Both the position numbers and the translations under genes were made by a program. 55,881 nucleotides of DNA from Myxococcota bacterium (GTDB lineage: Bacteria > Myxococcota_A > UBA796 > UBA2385), in NCBI GenBank assembly GCA_044344255.1, contig JBIJDH010000035.1, positions 1-55,881 of the forward strand, read 5' to 3'. The notes under the pieces are model-generated. The model saw nothing but the letters and a program-made list of their open reading frames with translations. It did not search any database and had not been told where the DNA came from. Shown here piece by piece: positions 29,319 to 38,827 of the stretch. Position 1 is the stretch's first letter; the number at the start of each line of letters is the position of its first letter.

Positions 29319-30977
29319 ATGCCACCGATGCCCCCGCTCCAGCTCAGCCCCGACCAGTCCGCGCGCCTCGAGCGCAACCTCAGGGCCGCAAGTCTGCTCG
29401 ATCCCGGCGTCGCCCGCCGCCTTCGCGAGCCCTGCGGAGACCACCACATCGAGGTCGACGGCGCGGGGACGCCCCACCTCTCGGTGGGGCGTGGGTTCCT
29501 CCCGCTCGCGCTCAGCCCCGAGGCCGCCACCGCCGCCCTACACGGTCGCCACGGCGAAGTGCTGATGATCGGCGCAGGCCTGGGTGAGCTCCCGGAGGCC
29601 GCTCTCCGCTCACCGGCCTTGGAGCGGCTTATCCTCTGGGAGCGAGACCCCTTCCTCCTCCGGGTCGCCCTCTCCCGCTACGACTGGCAGATCGCCCTCG
29701 CGACCGGGCGGCTCCGCCTGGCGCTCAACGCCGATCTCATCGATCACCTCGACGTCGAGCCCCTCCCTCACCCGGTGATGGAGCGCGTCTACGGCCTCGA
29801 ACGCTCGCTGTTTGACGCCCCCCGCGGCGCCCCCTTCGCCCTGATGATCGTGGGGGAGCTTTTTGTGGGCGACCTCATCGAGCAGCTTCAGGGGCGCGGG
29901 TATCGCCCGTTCTGGTGGGACGGTCAGCGTTGGGGGCGCGATGAGCTGCTCCGCGTCGCTCGGCGCCTCGCTCCGGCCTTCGTGATCGGCGTCAATTACG
30001 CGAACGGCATCGCGGAGCTCATCGCAGAAGCCGGCGTGCCCGGCCTCATCTGGGAGGTGGACCCGACGATGAGCCGCCTCTCCGCCGCGCCCGGCTCCAC
30101 CGAGCGGCTCCACTTCTTCACGTGGCGCGCGTCGCGGGTGGCCGCGCTCCGGGAGGCGGGCTTCGAGAACGTCGAACACCTGCCCCTCGCGGCCAACCCG
30201 ACGGTCCGCCACCCCGTCGCTGCCCGGCCCGGTGAGGAGCCCCCCGGGCTGAGCTTCGTGGGCAACAGCATGGTGCGATCTTCCGCCGAGATGATCGGCG
30301 AGTTCGTGGAGCGCTGGCAGCGCTGGTCCGGCCGAGGGGAGACCGAGGGCTGCCGCCAGCTTGTCGACCAGCTGCTCGCCCTCCAGCGCGCGGATCTCGC
30401 GCACTACCAGATCGAGGCCCTGGTGGACGGAGCCTTCCCCGGCCTCCGCGATCACTTTGAAGAGCTCGCGGACACCTCGATCCTGCTCGGAGAGGTGGCC
30501 GCGGCGGAGCGCCGCTTGAGCCTCATCGCTCGACTCGGGCCCCTCGGGGTGAAGGTCTGGGGAGACGACGGGTGGGCCCGCACCGCCCCCTTCGGCGCCC
30601 GATGGATGGGCTACGCAGGTCACTGGGACCAGCTCACTCGCATCTACTCGACCTCCTCCGTCAACATCGACATCGGGCGCTTCTACCAGCTCGATATCGT
30701 CACCATGCGGGTCTTCGACGTGCTGGCCTGCGGCGGCTTCCTGCTCGCCGAAGACTCCCCGGCCCTCCGCGCGCTCTTCGAGCCCGGTGTTCACCTCGAT
30801 GTGTGGGCCAACGGGGAGGAGCTGGTAGACAAAGCTCGCTTCTACCTCGAGCGTCCCGAGCTCCGCCGTCAGATCGCCGACCAGGGCCGCGCCCACGTGC
30901 TCGCACACCACACCGTGGCCCTGCGGGTGGAGCGCATGCTCTCCCACCTTGGCCTCGAGACGGGCGCCGAGCGTTGA
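29319..30977 (+). CDS. CgeB-family glycosyltransferase (Glyco_trans_1_2) with N-terminal extension
   Basis: LPLAANP, LSFVG, VWG..GW, IY.....NI, MRVFDVLACGGFLL, IA..GR..VLAHHT...R. Confidence 0.88.
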   Translation: MPPMPPLQLSPDQSARLERNLRAASLLDPGVARRLREPCGDHHIEVDGAGTPHLSVGRGFLPLALSPEAATAALHGRHGEVLMIGAGLGELPEAALRSPALERLILWERDPFLLRVALSRYDWQIALATGRLRLALNADLIDHLDVEPLPHPVMERVYGLERSLFDAPRGAPFALMIVGELFVGDLIEQLQGRGYRPFWWDGQRWGRDELLRVARRLAPAFVIGVNYANGIAELIAEAGVPGLIWEVDPTMSRLSAAPGSTERLHFFTWRASRVAALREAGFENVEHLPLAANPTVRHPVAARPGEEPPGLSFVGNSMVRSSAEMIGEFVERWQRWSGRGETEGCRQLVDQLLALQRADLAHYQIEALVDGAFPGLRDHFEELADTSILLGEVAAAERRLSLIARLGPLGVKVWGDDGWARTAPFGARWMGYAGHWDQLTRIYSTSSVNIDIGRFYQLDIVTMRVFDVLACGGFLLAEDSPALRALFEPGVHLDVWANGEELVDKARFYLERPELRRQIADQGRAHVLAHHTVALRVERMLSHLGLETGAER

Positions 30978-31152
30978 GCGCGGGGGCGCGACCGCACAGC
31001 GTCATGGTTTGTGCCGCTTCTGCCGCCCCCTTCGCGCCGCGAGGAGCGCCCCACGCTATGTCTTAGGCCCCAAAGGCGCCGTCCCCAAGAAAAAGTGGAG
31101 CATCGGCTGGTCGGAGACCGACCTTCCTGCGCTGAGCTTCACGGAGTCACCC

Positions 31153-31683
31153 ATGTCCAACATCACCCGTCTCGTCTTTCTCGTCGTCCTGGCCGCTGCC
31201 TGTCGCAAGAAGCCCGTCGCCACGGAGGTCCCCTTCGAAGAGCCGGCCGCCCCGGTGGCCCGCACGGAGGCCGTCCCGGAGGAGGTTCAGGAGATGAAGC
31301 AGAACTTCATCCGCGTGAACTTCGACTACGACTCTTACTCCGTCAACGCCTCGGCCCGCGACGCCCTCGCCGCTAACGCCAAGATCATGTCCGACCACCC
31401 GAACCTCACCCTCCAGGTGCAGGGGCACTGTGATGAGCGGGGCACCACCGAGTACAACATGGCCCTCGGCTCCAAGCGGGCCGACGCCGTCCGCAAGGTG
31501 CTCACCAGCCAGGGGGTGGCGCCTTCCCGCGTCAAGACGATCTCGTACGGCGAGGAGCGTCCCCTGATGAACCAGGCCACCGAGACGGCCTGGTCCGAGA
31601 ACCGTCGCGCCGAGTTCGCGATCTCCTGGCCCTCGAGCGCGAGCTCGAGCGAGGTCTCGTCTGTTCAAGGCACCGTGAACTGA
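31153..31683 (+). CDS. pal: Pal-like OmpA-family peptidoglycan-associated lipoprotein
   Basis: Lipobox LAAAC. FDYDS, GHCDERGTTEYNMALG.KRA, SYGEERP, NRR. Confidence 0.88.
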   Translation: MSNITRLVFLVVLAAACRKKPVATEVPFEEPAAPVARTEAVPEEVQEMKQNFIRVNFDYDSYSVNASARDALAANAKIMSDHPNLTLQVQGHCDERGTTEYNMALGSKRADAVRKVLTSQGVAPSRVKTISYGEERPLMNQATETAWSENRRAEFAISWPSSASSSEVSSVQGTVN

Positions 31684-32429
31684 GCGTCCGGGGCCCCACG
31701 TGGGGTGGGCGCCGGCTTCGGTGCCTTCGGCGGGGGCCCCAGCAACCCCAGATCGGCGAGCTCGGCGCGGACCGCCGCCATGAAGGGGGCCCCGGGATCG
31801 GGCTTCTTCGTGCGGTAGGTCGGGTCCTTCTCTTCGAAGTACGAGTGTCCTTCCAGGCTTTGGTACTCGAGGTGCCCGATCAGGTGCGTGATCGGGTGCA
31901 CGGAGGCCAGCCAACGGACGAGCGCGGCGTCGGCCTTCACCTGGGCCGGGGTCAGCGGCATCCCGGCCTGACCGCCCACGTTCTCGACGCCGATCGCGAT
32001 GTGGTTGAGGCCCACGCAGTGGCGGAGCACGCGCTCATCTGGGGCCAGCCTCCAGATCGTGCCGTCCCGGTCGACCACGTAGTGAGCGCCGACGTTGAGG
32101 TCGCCCCCCTTGCGCAGCTCTGGGCGCCCTGCGAGGCGGGGCGCTGCGAAGGTGTTCCACGCGCTCTGGGCGCTGCCGCCCGCGGTCCAGTGCAGCACCA
32201 CCACCCGGGGCACCATGTGCGTGTCGAGCTCGGGGTCCCCGTGGAGGGGCGCGGTGCGGTGGGCGCCCAGGTAAGCGACGGTGAGGTCACGCTTCTCGTC
32301 GCCCCAGGGGAGAGGCCGCTCGACGATGTCCGGCGCCGGGACCGGCGCGGGGCTCGCGCCGCCGAGCGATAGGCAGGTGAGCAGGAGCCAGAGGGCTCGG
32401 CGCAGCGGCGGTGTTCGGGGGGGAGGCAC
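31665..32429 (-). CDS. N-acetylmuramoyl-L-alanine amidase (Amidase_2)
   Basis: VVLHWT, AHYVVDRDG.I, H..GLN..IGVE, LIGH, K.DPG. Start approximate. Confidence 0.88.
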   Translation of the reverse strand: MPPPRTPPLRRALWLLLTCLSLGGASPAPVPAPDIVERPLPWGDEKRDLTVAYLGAHRTAPLHGDPELDTHMVPRVVVLHWTAGGSAQSAWNTFAAPRLAGRPELRKGGDLNVGAHYVVDRDGTIWRLAPDERVLRHCVGLNHIAIGVENVGGQAGMPLTPAQVKADAALVRWLASVHPITHLIGHLEYQSLEGHSYFEEKDPTYRTKKPDPGAPFMAAVRAELADLGLLGPPPKAPKPAPTPRGAPDAQFTVP

Positions 32430-32617
32430 GGGGCTCCAGCGCGGGGTCACAGCTTGCCACGGCCGCGGGCCTCGCGCGGGCCGGTCGCCCGAGCGCCGCT
32501 GTCCCTCGGATGGGGAAGCTTTCACGCGGGCTACGGGTTCCTACCGATCTTCGCCACCCGCGCCCCATCGACCGCTGCTCCCCCGCCGGCTCACACCGGC
32601 GCTCCCCGGAGTGCTCC

Positions 32618-32821
32618 GTGGAAATCGATCTGGCCAGCTTCGCCCTGAGCTTCGCCTTCAGCGTCATCGGTTGGTCGGCCTTTCGTCATGGGCGCAAGCG
32701 GTCCGACATGCGGAAGGTGGCCATCGGCCTGATCTTGATGATCTACGGTTACTTCCTCGACGGTCCACTCCTCGTGGGCCTCGTCGGCGCCCTCCTCACC
32801 GTGCTCCTCTTCTGGCCTTGA
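32618..32821 (+). CDS. Small membrane protein (67 aa)
   Basis: Hydrophobic helices, FSVIG...F.HG.K...G..LMIY.YF pattern. GGAG before GTG; 4 bp from the next gene. Confidence 0.7.
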   Translation: MEIDLASFALSFAFSVIGWSAFRHGRKRSDMRKVAIGLILMIYGYFLDGPLLVGLVGALLTVLLFWP

Positions 32822-32825
32822 TCTC

Positions 32826-33158
32826 ATGCCGGTCACCATCGACGAATTCATCGACAACCTGGACGACTGGAGGCCGGAGGTGATCCGGGCGATCCAGGGC
32901 CTGATCCACGAAGCGCGGCCCGATCTCCAGGCGTCGCTGCGGTCCGGGCAGATCGTCTACGGCGCGCCGGTGCCCCTGCTCTGGATCCGCGCCCGACGGG
33001 ACGCGGTGGAGCTCGGCTTCACCCACGGCGCGCGCTTGCCCGATCCCGAGGCCGCCCTCGAGGGAGAGGGGGAACATCGGCACCTCTCCTTCTCGGGCGT
33101 CGAGGACATCGACGGCGCCGTGCTCCGTCCCCTGCTCTCGCTGGCCTCGGCCGGCTGA
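32826..33158 (+). CDS. DUF1801 domain protein
   Basis: IDEFI..L, I....P.L, V.LGF.HGA.L.DP...LEGEG...RH. Confidence 0.8.
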   Translation: MPVTIDEFIDNLDDWRPEVIRAIQGLIHEARPDLQASLRSGQIVYGAPVPLLWIRARRDAVELGFTHGARLPDPEAALEGEGEHRHLSFSGVEDIDGAVLRPLLSLASAG

Positions 33159-33175
33159 GCGGAGCGCGCGCGCCC

Positions 33176-34132
33176 TCAGCTGGCCCGGCCCGCCCACCAG
33201 GCCTCGTGCTCGAGGTACCAGCGCACCGTCGCAGGCAGCCCCTCGGCGAGGCCCCACCGTGGCGCCCAGCCGAGCGCGCGCGCCGCCTTGTCACTGCGCA
33301 TCGCGTAGCGGCGATCGTGGCCGGGGCGGTCGCGCACGAGGGCGACCACGGCGTCTGGGCGGTCGAGCAGAGTGAGCAGGTCGCCGACCAGCTCTCGGTT
33401 GCTCCGCTCTGCACCGGCGGCGAGGTTGTAGATCTCTCCGGCGACGCCCCGCTCCAAGGCTGCGAGCACGCCGGCGCAGTGGTCCTCGACGTGGATCCAG
33501 TCCCGCCGGTGCAGACCGTCGCCGAAGAGGGGGAGCTCCTTCCCCTGGAGCGCCCGCGCGATCATCCGAGGGATCAGCTTCTCGGGGTGCTGGCGCGGCC
33601 CATAGTTGTTCGAGCAGCGCGTGATCACCACATCGAGGCCGCCGCTCTGAGCCGCCGCGCGCACGAGGAGGTCGGCCCCCGCCTTGGACGCGGCGTAGGG
33701 GTTGTTCGGGCAGAGTTGCGCCCCCTCATCGAAGCGCTCGTCGGGGCCGGCGGACCCATAGACCTCGTCGGTGGAGATCTGAACGAAGCGCTGGACGCCC
33801 GCGCGGCGCGCCCCGTCGAGGAGCATCTGCGTCCCTTGGAGGTTTGTGCGGATGAAGGGAGCCGGATCGGTGAGCGAGCGGTCGACGTGGGACTCGGCGG
33901 CGAAGTGCACGACGGCGTCCACGCCGCGGAGCGCCTCCTTGACCACGGCCGGATCGGCGACGTCACCATGCAGGAAGGTGCAGCGGGCATCCTCGGGGAG
34001 CCCGTCTCGATTGCCCGCGTAGGTCAGAAGATCGAGGTTCCGAATCCGCCACTCCGGCCGCCACCGCCGCAGCGCGAGGATGAAGTTCGAGCCGATGAAG
34101 CCGGCTCCACCGGTGACGAGGAGGGTGGTCAT
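33176..34132 (-). CDS. rfbB: dTDP-glucose 4,6-dehydratase
   Basis: TGGAGFIGSN, AAESHVDRS, STDEVYG, YAASK, SNNYGP.Q.PEK, DRPGHDRRY. Confidence 0.95.
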   Translation of the reverse strand: MTTLLVTGGAGFIGSNFILALRRWRPEWRIRNLDLLTYAGNRDGLPEDARCTFLHGDVADPAVVKEALRGVDAVVHFAAESHVDRSLTDPAPFIRTNLQGTQMLLDGARRAGVQRFVQISTDEVYGSAGPDERFDEGAQLCPNNPYAASKAGADLLVRAAAQSGGLDVVITRCSNNYGPRQHPEKLIPRMIARALQGKELPLFGDGLHRRDWIHVEDHCAGVLAALERGVAGEIYNLAAGAERSNRELVGDLLTLLDRPDAVVALVRDRPGHDRRYAMRSDKAARALGWAPRWGLAEGLPATVRWYLEHEAWWAGRAS

Positions 34133-34312
34133 GGGGGCGTCCATAGCCCGGGCGGGGAGGCTCGGCGCTTGCCGGCCGGTCGCCCCTCGCCCCCCGGAAC
34201 CAGACCGGCGCCGGCCCTCGCCCTCGGTTAGGGCTCCGACCGCCCAGCCACCGACCCGAAGCTGCGGTCCACAGCCCCGTGGACGCCGCGGGTCCAGCGA
34301 GAGACCGGGTTC

Positions 34313-35752
34313 ATGCTGTACGCGTCTCTTTGGCTATCCCTCGTCGTCGACGGCGCGCCTGTTCCTTTGATTGGCGATGCCCGGGCGGTGTCCGAGGAGA
34401 AGCTCCTCCCCGAGGCGCCTCCGGGAGAGTACCGCAAGGTGAAGGTCGGGTTGGTCATCTACACCGAGCCCGCCACCTCCTCGCCCCGGCGGGGCGTCGC
34501 CCACCGCGGCGAGGTGGTCGAGGTGCAGGACCGGGTGCCGGGCCGGGTGCCCGGCCGTGGATGTACGAAGGAGGGCTGGGGGCGCCTCGAGGGGGAGGGC
34601 TACGCTTGCCTCGACGGCACGACCCCCACCACCGACCCTCCCTACCCCCTTCCGCGGCTCACCCGCTTTGATCATCCGAGCCCGGCCGAGTTCGAGACCT
34701 ACCTCAAGACGGGGAAGTGGGAGAGGGCGGCCTCCGACGACACCGCGCCGCTCGTCCCCTTCATCTACGGCAAGCGATGGCGGCGCTGGCAGGGTGTCTT
34801 CTACGACGGGGCGCGCGTCTTCGAGAAGAACGGCGAGATCTCAGAGGACCAGCTCGATCCGAAGCAGAAGTTCCACTTCACCTCGGTCAAGGACACCCGA
34901 CGGGGTGAGGTCCTCGTGCGCTCGGACGGCAAGGTCATCCCCTCAAGCGGGATCTTCCTCTACTCGGTCAGCGACTTCCACGGTCGGGACCTCGGCCTTG
35001 ACCCGCTCCCCCCCGGGAAGACCGTGGCCTGGGTGCATGGGTACAAGGGAGCTCCCCTGCTCTCCGGCCCCACCGCTGACGCGCCGGTCGTGCAGACCCT
35101 CGAGTACCACGCCCGCTTCGACGTCGACGCCACGCCCGTCGATCCCGAAGGGCACATCTTCCGGGTCCCCGACGCGCTAGGCCCGGGCCAGGACGGCTGG
35201 GTCGACGAGCGGAAGGGGGTCCGTCGCTGGATCTCCTGGCCCCGTCCGCCGGAGATCGAGCCCGGGAGCCTGTGGGTGGACATCGACGTCAGCCAGCAGA
35301 TGCTCACCCTCTGGGAGGGCGACGAGCCGGTCTTCATCACCCTCGTCTCCACCGGAAAGCCCGGTCACGGCACGCCGCAGGGCATCTTCCGCCTCGGCGA
35401 CAAGATGTCCTGGGTGGACATGGCGAGCCGAGACGACGCGGAGGAGGCCGAGAAGTACCTCGTCGAGGCCGTGCCCTGGACGATGCACTTTGGCTATCGA
35501 TACGCGCTGCACGCCGCATACTGGCATTGGGGCTACGGAAATTGGGCGAGCCACGGCTGCGTGAACCTCTCACCGCGCGACGCCCGGATGCTCTTCGAGC
35601 GGCTCCACCCGGCCTTGCCGGACGGCTGGCACACCGTCTACGAGAACGCCGATGATCCAGGCTCCTCCGTGCGCATCCACTGGGCGGACATCCCCATCCA
35701 AGACCGTCGGAAGCCGCTCGGCGCCAAGTGGTCGTCCGCCGACGAAGACTGA
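34313..35752 (+). CDS. L,D-transpeptidase (YkuD family)
   Basis: VDIDVSQQ.L, VSTG, TP.G, ALHAAYWH...SHGCVNL. N-terminal signal-like region. Confidence 0.9.
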   Translation: MLYASLWLSLVVDGAPVPLIGDARAVSEEKLLPEAPPGEYRKVKVGLVIYTEPATSSPRRGVAHRGEVVEVQDRVPGRVPGRGCTKEGWGRLEGEGYACLDGTTPTTDPPYPLPRLTRFDHPSPAEFETYLKTGKWERAASDDTAPLVPFIYGKRWRRWQGVFYDGARVFEKNGEISEDQLDPKQKFHFTSVKDTRRGEVLVRSDGKVIPSSGIFLYSVSDFHGRDLGLDPLPPGKTVAWVHGYKGAPLLSGPTADAPVVQTLEYHARFDVDATPVDPEGHIFRVPDALGPGQDGWVDERKGVRRWISWPRPPEIEPGSLWVDIDVSQQMLTLWEGDEPVFITLVSTGKPGHGTPQGIFRLGDKMSWVDMASRDDAEEAEKYLVEAVPWTMHFGYRYALHAAYWHWGYGNWASHGCVNLSPRDARMLFERLHPALPDGWHTVYENADDPGSSVRIHWADIPIQDRRKPLGAKWSSADED

Positions 35753-35766
35753 GGCGGAGCGCGCCG

Positions 35767-36294
35767 TCAGGGCGCGTGGGGCAGAGCGGCGGGGGAAGCG
35801 GCGGGGGAAGCGGGGGGGGAAGCGGCGGGGAGCGGCAGATCGAGGAGGGCACGGACCTTCTGCAGCAGCGTCTCCATCCGGAACGGCTTCTGGAGGTAGC
35901 CCCAACCCGGCGCACCCTGGTCTCGCACCGCGCGCGCGTCATCGGCGTTCCCGGACATGAAGAGGACCCGCAAGGTCGGGTGCGTCGCGCAGAGCCGGGC
36001 GGCGAGCTCTCGGCCGCTGAGGCCGGGCATCACGATGTCGGTGAGGAGCAGCGCCACGGGGCCCTGCGATCGGGAGGCGAGGTCGAGGGCTGCGGCGGCG
36101 TCTGCGGCGCTGAGCACGGTGTAGCCGGTCGACTCCAACATCAAACCGACGAGGCGTCGGATCTGGTCTTCATCCTCGACGAGGAGGATCGACTCTCCCC
36201 CCGGACCGCGAGTCGGGCTCTTGGGAGGCTCAGCGGGCTCAGCGGGCTCAGCGGGCTCAGCGGGCTCAGCGGGGGAGGTCAGGGGGAGGGTCAT
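35767..36294 (-). CDS. Stand-alone response regulator receiver
   Basis: LLVEDE, LLTDIVMPG.SG, FMSG, LQKPF. Confidence 0.88.
   Translation of the reverse strand: MTLPLTSPAEPAEPAEPAEPAEPPKSPTRGPGGESILLVEDEDQIRRLVGLMLESTGYTVLSAADAAAALDLASRSQGPVALLLTDIVMPGLSGRELAARLCATHPTLRVLFMSGNADDARAVRDQGAPGWGYLQKPFRMETLLQKVRALLDLPLPAASPPASPAASPAALPHAP
35785..35831. repeat. 12-bp tandem repeat (AGCGGCGGGGGA), about 4 copies, in the receiver gene 3' end
   Basis: Seen directly; encodes PAAS/PPAS repeats. Confidence 0.8.
36227..36273. repeat. 9-bp perfect tandem repeat (GGCTCAGCG) x5 in the receiver gene 5' end
   Basis: Seen directly; encodes (PAE)5. Confidence 0.9.
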
Positions 36295-36413
36295 GCGCAC
36301 CACCGTGCGAGGGGGGGCTCGCGCTCAGCGAGGGCCGCCGCCAAGCCCCCCCATGATAGCGCAGGCTGCGAGCAGCCCATGGCCGCTCGTGGCACCGGAG
36401 GGGGGGGGCGCCG

Positions 36414-37343
36414 TCAGTCGAGCTCCCCGACTCGGAGCACGAGGGCGGGGACGCGCTGCGTGCCGGCGCCCTGGCTCACCATGGCCTGAGCGGCGCGGAG
36501 CTCCCGCTCCCAGGCCCCCTCGCCGCCGATCAACCAGCGCTCCGGCGGGCTCAGGCGCAGCGAGGCGTTGGACACGACCCGCGCCGGGCGGAGCGTGATC
36601 CGCGCCTCGATCCGCGCGGAAGGGAAGGTGAGAAGGAGCCCCTCTCCGTCTTCCTCCACCCGAGCGTCGGCGGCGTCCAGCGGCTCACCGTCCCGGAAGG
36701 CCCAGGCGGTCTGCCGGTCGCCCTGGCGATCGAGCCCGAGGCAGAGCGTGTCGTCGAGCAAGAAGACGCCGAGGCGCGGGCCGGGCCAGAGCGCGGTGCC
36801 CCCGTGATGGAGGAGGACACCGCGCCCCTCGATGGGGCCGCCTTGTCCGTGATCTTCGATCCAGCCGGTGGCCTCGCCGACCGGCACCGGGACCGTCATC
36901 CTCCAGCGAGTGTCCCCCCCCTCAATCGCCCGGACGAGCGGGTCGACCTTGAGCTGCAGGAGAGCGTTGGACTCGGCCTCCCCGTGGCGCAGGCCCCACA
37001 CACCCTCGCGGAGCAGCAGGCCCTCGTTGCCCTGGCCGATGCGGCGCCCGTCGGGGCTCCGCTCCAGCGCGCCCGACGGGATGACGCCGCGGAGGGCGCT
37101 CCCCTCGGCGCCTGGCTGGCTCCGCCGCAGCTCGAGGACCCCCTCCCCTCGCTCGAGGCCGGTGTTGCCGACCTGGAAGGTGGCGTCGATGACGCCGCCC
37201 TGGTTGGTGAGCACGAGCCACTCGTAGCGCTCGCGCCAGGCCGGAGAGGCCTCTCCTTCGCAAGAGAGCAGGATCAGCGGGAGCCATAGGAGGGCAGTCC
37301 CCGGCGGGAGCGGCGGGGTGTGGCTCAGGGGGCAGGCGGGCAC
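36414..37343 (-). CDS. Hypothetical, probable lipoprotein (beta-rich)
   Basis: LILLSC lipobox-like motif; overlaps the upstream gene; start uncertain. Confidence 0.65.
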   Translation of the reverse strand: MPACPLSHTPPLPPGTALLWLPLILLSCEGEASPAWRERYEWLVLTNQGGVIDATFQVGNTGLERGEGVLELRRSQPGAEGSALRGVIPSGALERSPDGRRIGQGNEGLLLREGVWGLRHGEAESNALLQLKVDPLVRAIEGGDTRWRMTVPVPVGEATGWIEDHGQGGPIEGRGVLLHHGGTALWPGPRLGVFLLDDTLCLGLDRQGDRQTAWAFRDGEPLDAADARVEEDGEGLLLTFPSARIEARITLRPARVVSNASLRLSPPERWLIGGEGAWERELRAAQAMVSQGAGTQRVPALVLRVGELD

Positions 37344-38035
37344 AGCTCACCCCTCCGGGCTTCGATCAGCGCCTCGAGCTCGGGGTCAGGACGGTGCTCG
37401 AGCCGAGGCGGCAGCGCCTCGCCCTCGCACGGCCAGGTCCGGCTGTCTCGCGCGTGGTTGAGCAGATCGTTGTAGAGGCCGACACCCGCCGCGCGGCAGA
37501 GATCCCGGTGGGCGGAGCCCTCGCAGCGGCCGAGGTCGATAGGGCCGCCCGACGCGTGGAGGGCGCGGAAGAAGGCGATCCAGGGCCGCTCGTCCTCTGC
37601 GGTGAAGCCGGAGGCCGCCGCTCTGCGGGCGACCTCACCCTCCAGCTCGAGCCCGGGCTCCCCAGGGAGCAAGCCCTGAAAGCCCGACTGGCTCCACATG
37701 TGCATCCGGCAGTCCTCGGCGAAGCGGCCCGCCTCCCGGCACAGCTCCGGCGCGCCGCCGCGCTCGGCCACCTGGAAGCGGCACTCGTCCTGGCCGACGC
37801 CCGCGGGCAGCGCCGCGCACAGGGCCGTGGCGGCCTCGGTCTCGTGCTCCCCAGCGGCGGCCTCGGCGAGGGCCGTGATGCAGTCGGCGTGGAGGGCGGG
37901 CTCCCTCACGTCGGCGCAGCGCGCGCGGGCGGCCTCGCGGTCTCGTCGACCGAGTGACAGGGCCTCGGCGTAGGCCCGCCCGTCGTCGAGATCGGGGGGA
38001 GGCCCTTGGCAGGCCGCGAGCAGCGTGAACCACAT
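37325..38035 (-). CDS. Cys-rich helical-repeat lipoprotein
   Basis: MWFTLLAAC short signal; repeated C-x(9-10)-C pairs. Confidence 0.7.
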   Translation of the reverse strand: MWFTLLAACQGPPPDLDDGRAYAEALSLGRRDREAARARCADVREPALHADCITALAEAAAGEHETEAATALCAALPAGVGQDECRFQVAERGGAPELCREAGRFAEDCRMHMWSQSGFQGLLPGEPGLELEGEVARRAAASGFTAEDERPWIAFFRALHASGGPIDLGRCEGSAHRDLCRAAGVGLYNDLLNHARDSRTWPCEGEALPPRLEHRPDPELEALIEARRGELCPPAP

Positions 38036-38119
38036 GCCGTCGAGGGTATCCGGGTGGTGGCGCGGCGGGTAAAGTGGGGCGCGTTGAGCGATCCATCGAT
38101 CAAGGGGCGGGCGCGCGAG

Positions 38120-38827
38120 ATGACTGACGGGGACCCCACACGAATCCTGGTGGTAGAAGACGAAGACGACATCCGAAACCTCATCGTCTTCAATTTGAGG
38201 AAGGCCGGCTTTGAGGTGCTGGCGGCGGCGGACGGCGCCACCGGGCTCGCGCTCGCCCAGCGGGAGCGGCCGGCGGTGGTCTTGTTGGACCTCATGTTGC
38301 CCGACATCCAAGGCACCGAGGTCTGCGCGCGGCTGCGGGCGAACCCCCTCACCGCCGACTTGACCATCATCATGGTGACCGCCCGCGGTGAAGAGGAGGA
38401 CCGCGTCGGCGGCTTCGAGGTGGGCGCCGACGACTACGTCACCAAGCCGTTCAGCGTCCGCGAGCTGGTGCTGAGGGTCAAGGCGGCGGCCCGCCGCCTC
38501 CAGCCGACGCCTGCGGTCGAAGGCACGATGTTGATCGTCGGCCTCGTCCGGGTCGACGCCGGGACTCACCGCGCCTGGGTCGGCCCCGCCGAGCTCGAGC
38601 TCACCGCGACCGAGTTTCGGCTCCTTCAATATCTCGCGCTCCACCCTGGAAAGCTGTGCGAGAGAGGCGAGCTCTTGCATGAGGTATGGGAGCTCCCGCC
38701 GACCCTCAACACCCGGACGGTGGACACCCACGTCAAGCGCCTCCGCCAGAAGCTGGGGGCCGCAGCGGACTACGTCGAGACCGTTCGAGGCGCCGGATAT
38801 CGCTTCCGAGAGGACCCCACCTCGTGA
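38120..38827 (+). CDS. OmpR/PhoB family response regulator (PhoB-like)
   Basis: VVEDE, LDLMLP, GADDYVTKPFS, TRTVDTHVKRLRQKL, TVRG.GY. Confidence 0.93.
   Translation: MTDGDPTRILVVEDEDDIRNLIVFNLRKAGFEVLAAADGATGLALAQRERPAVVLLDLMLPDIQGTEVCARLRANPLTADLTIIMVTARGEEEDRVGGFEVGADDYVTKPFSVRELVLRVKAAARRLQPTPAVEGTMLIVGLVRVDAGTHRAWVGPAELELTATEFRLLQYLALHPGKLCERGELLHEVWELPPTLNTRTVDTHVKRLRQKLGAAADYVETVRGAGYRFREDPTS

Noticed and set aside
31109..31123. Hairpin GGTCGG-AGA-CCGACC in the pal leader as a riboswitch or ncRNA
   Set aside because: A single small stem with no recognisable family features.
34158..34173. AGGCTCGGCGCTTGCC as a sigma54 promoter for the L,D-transpeptidase
   Set aside because: Spacing is right but the -24 box is weak; plausible by chance.
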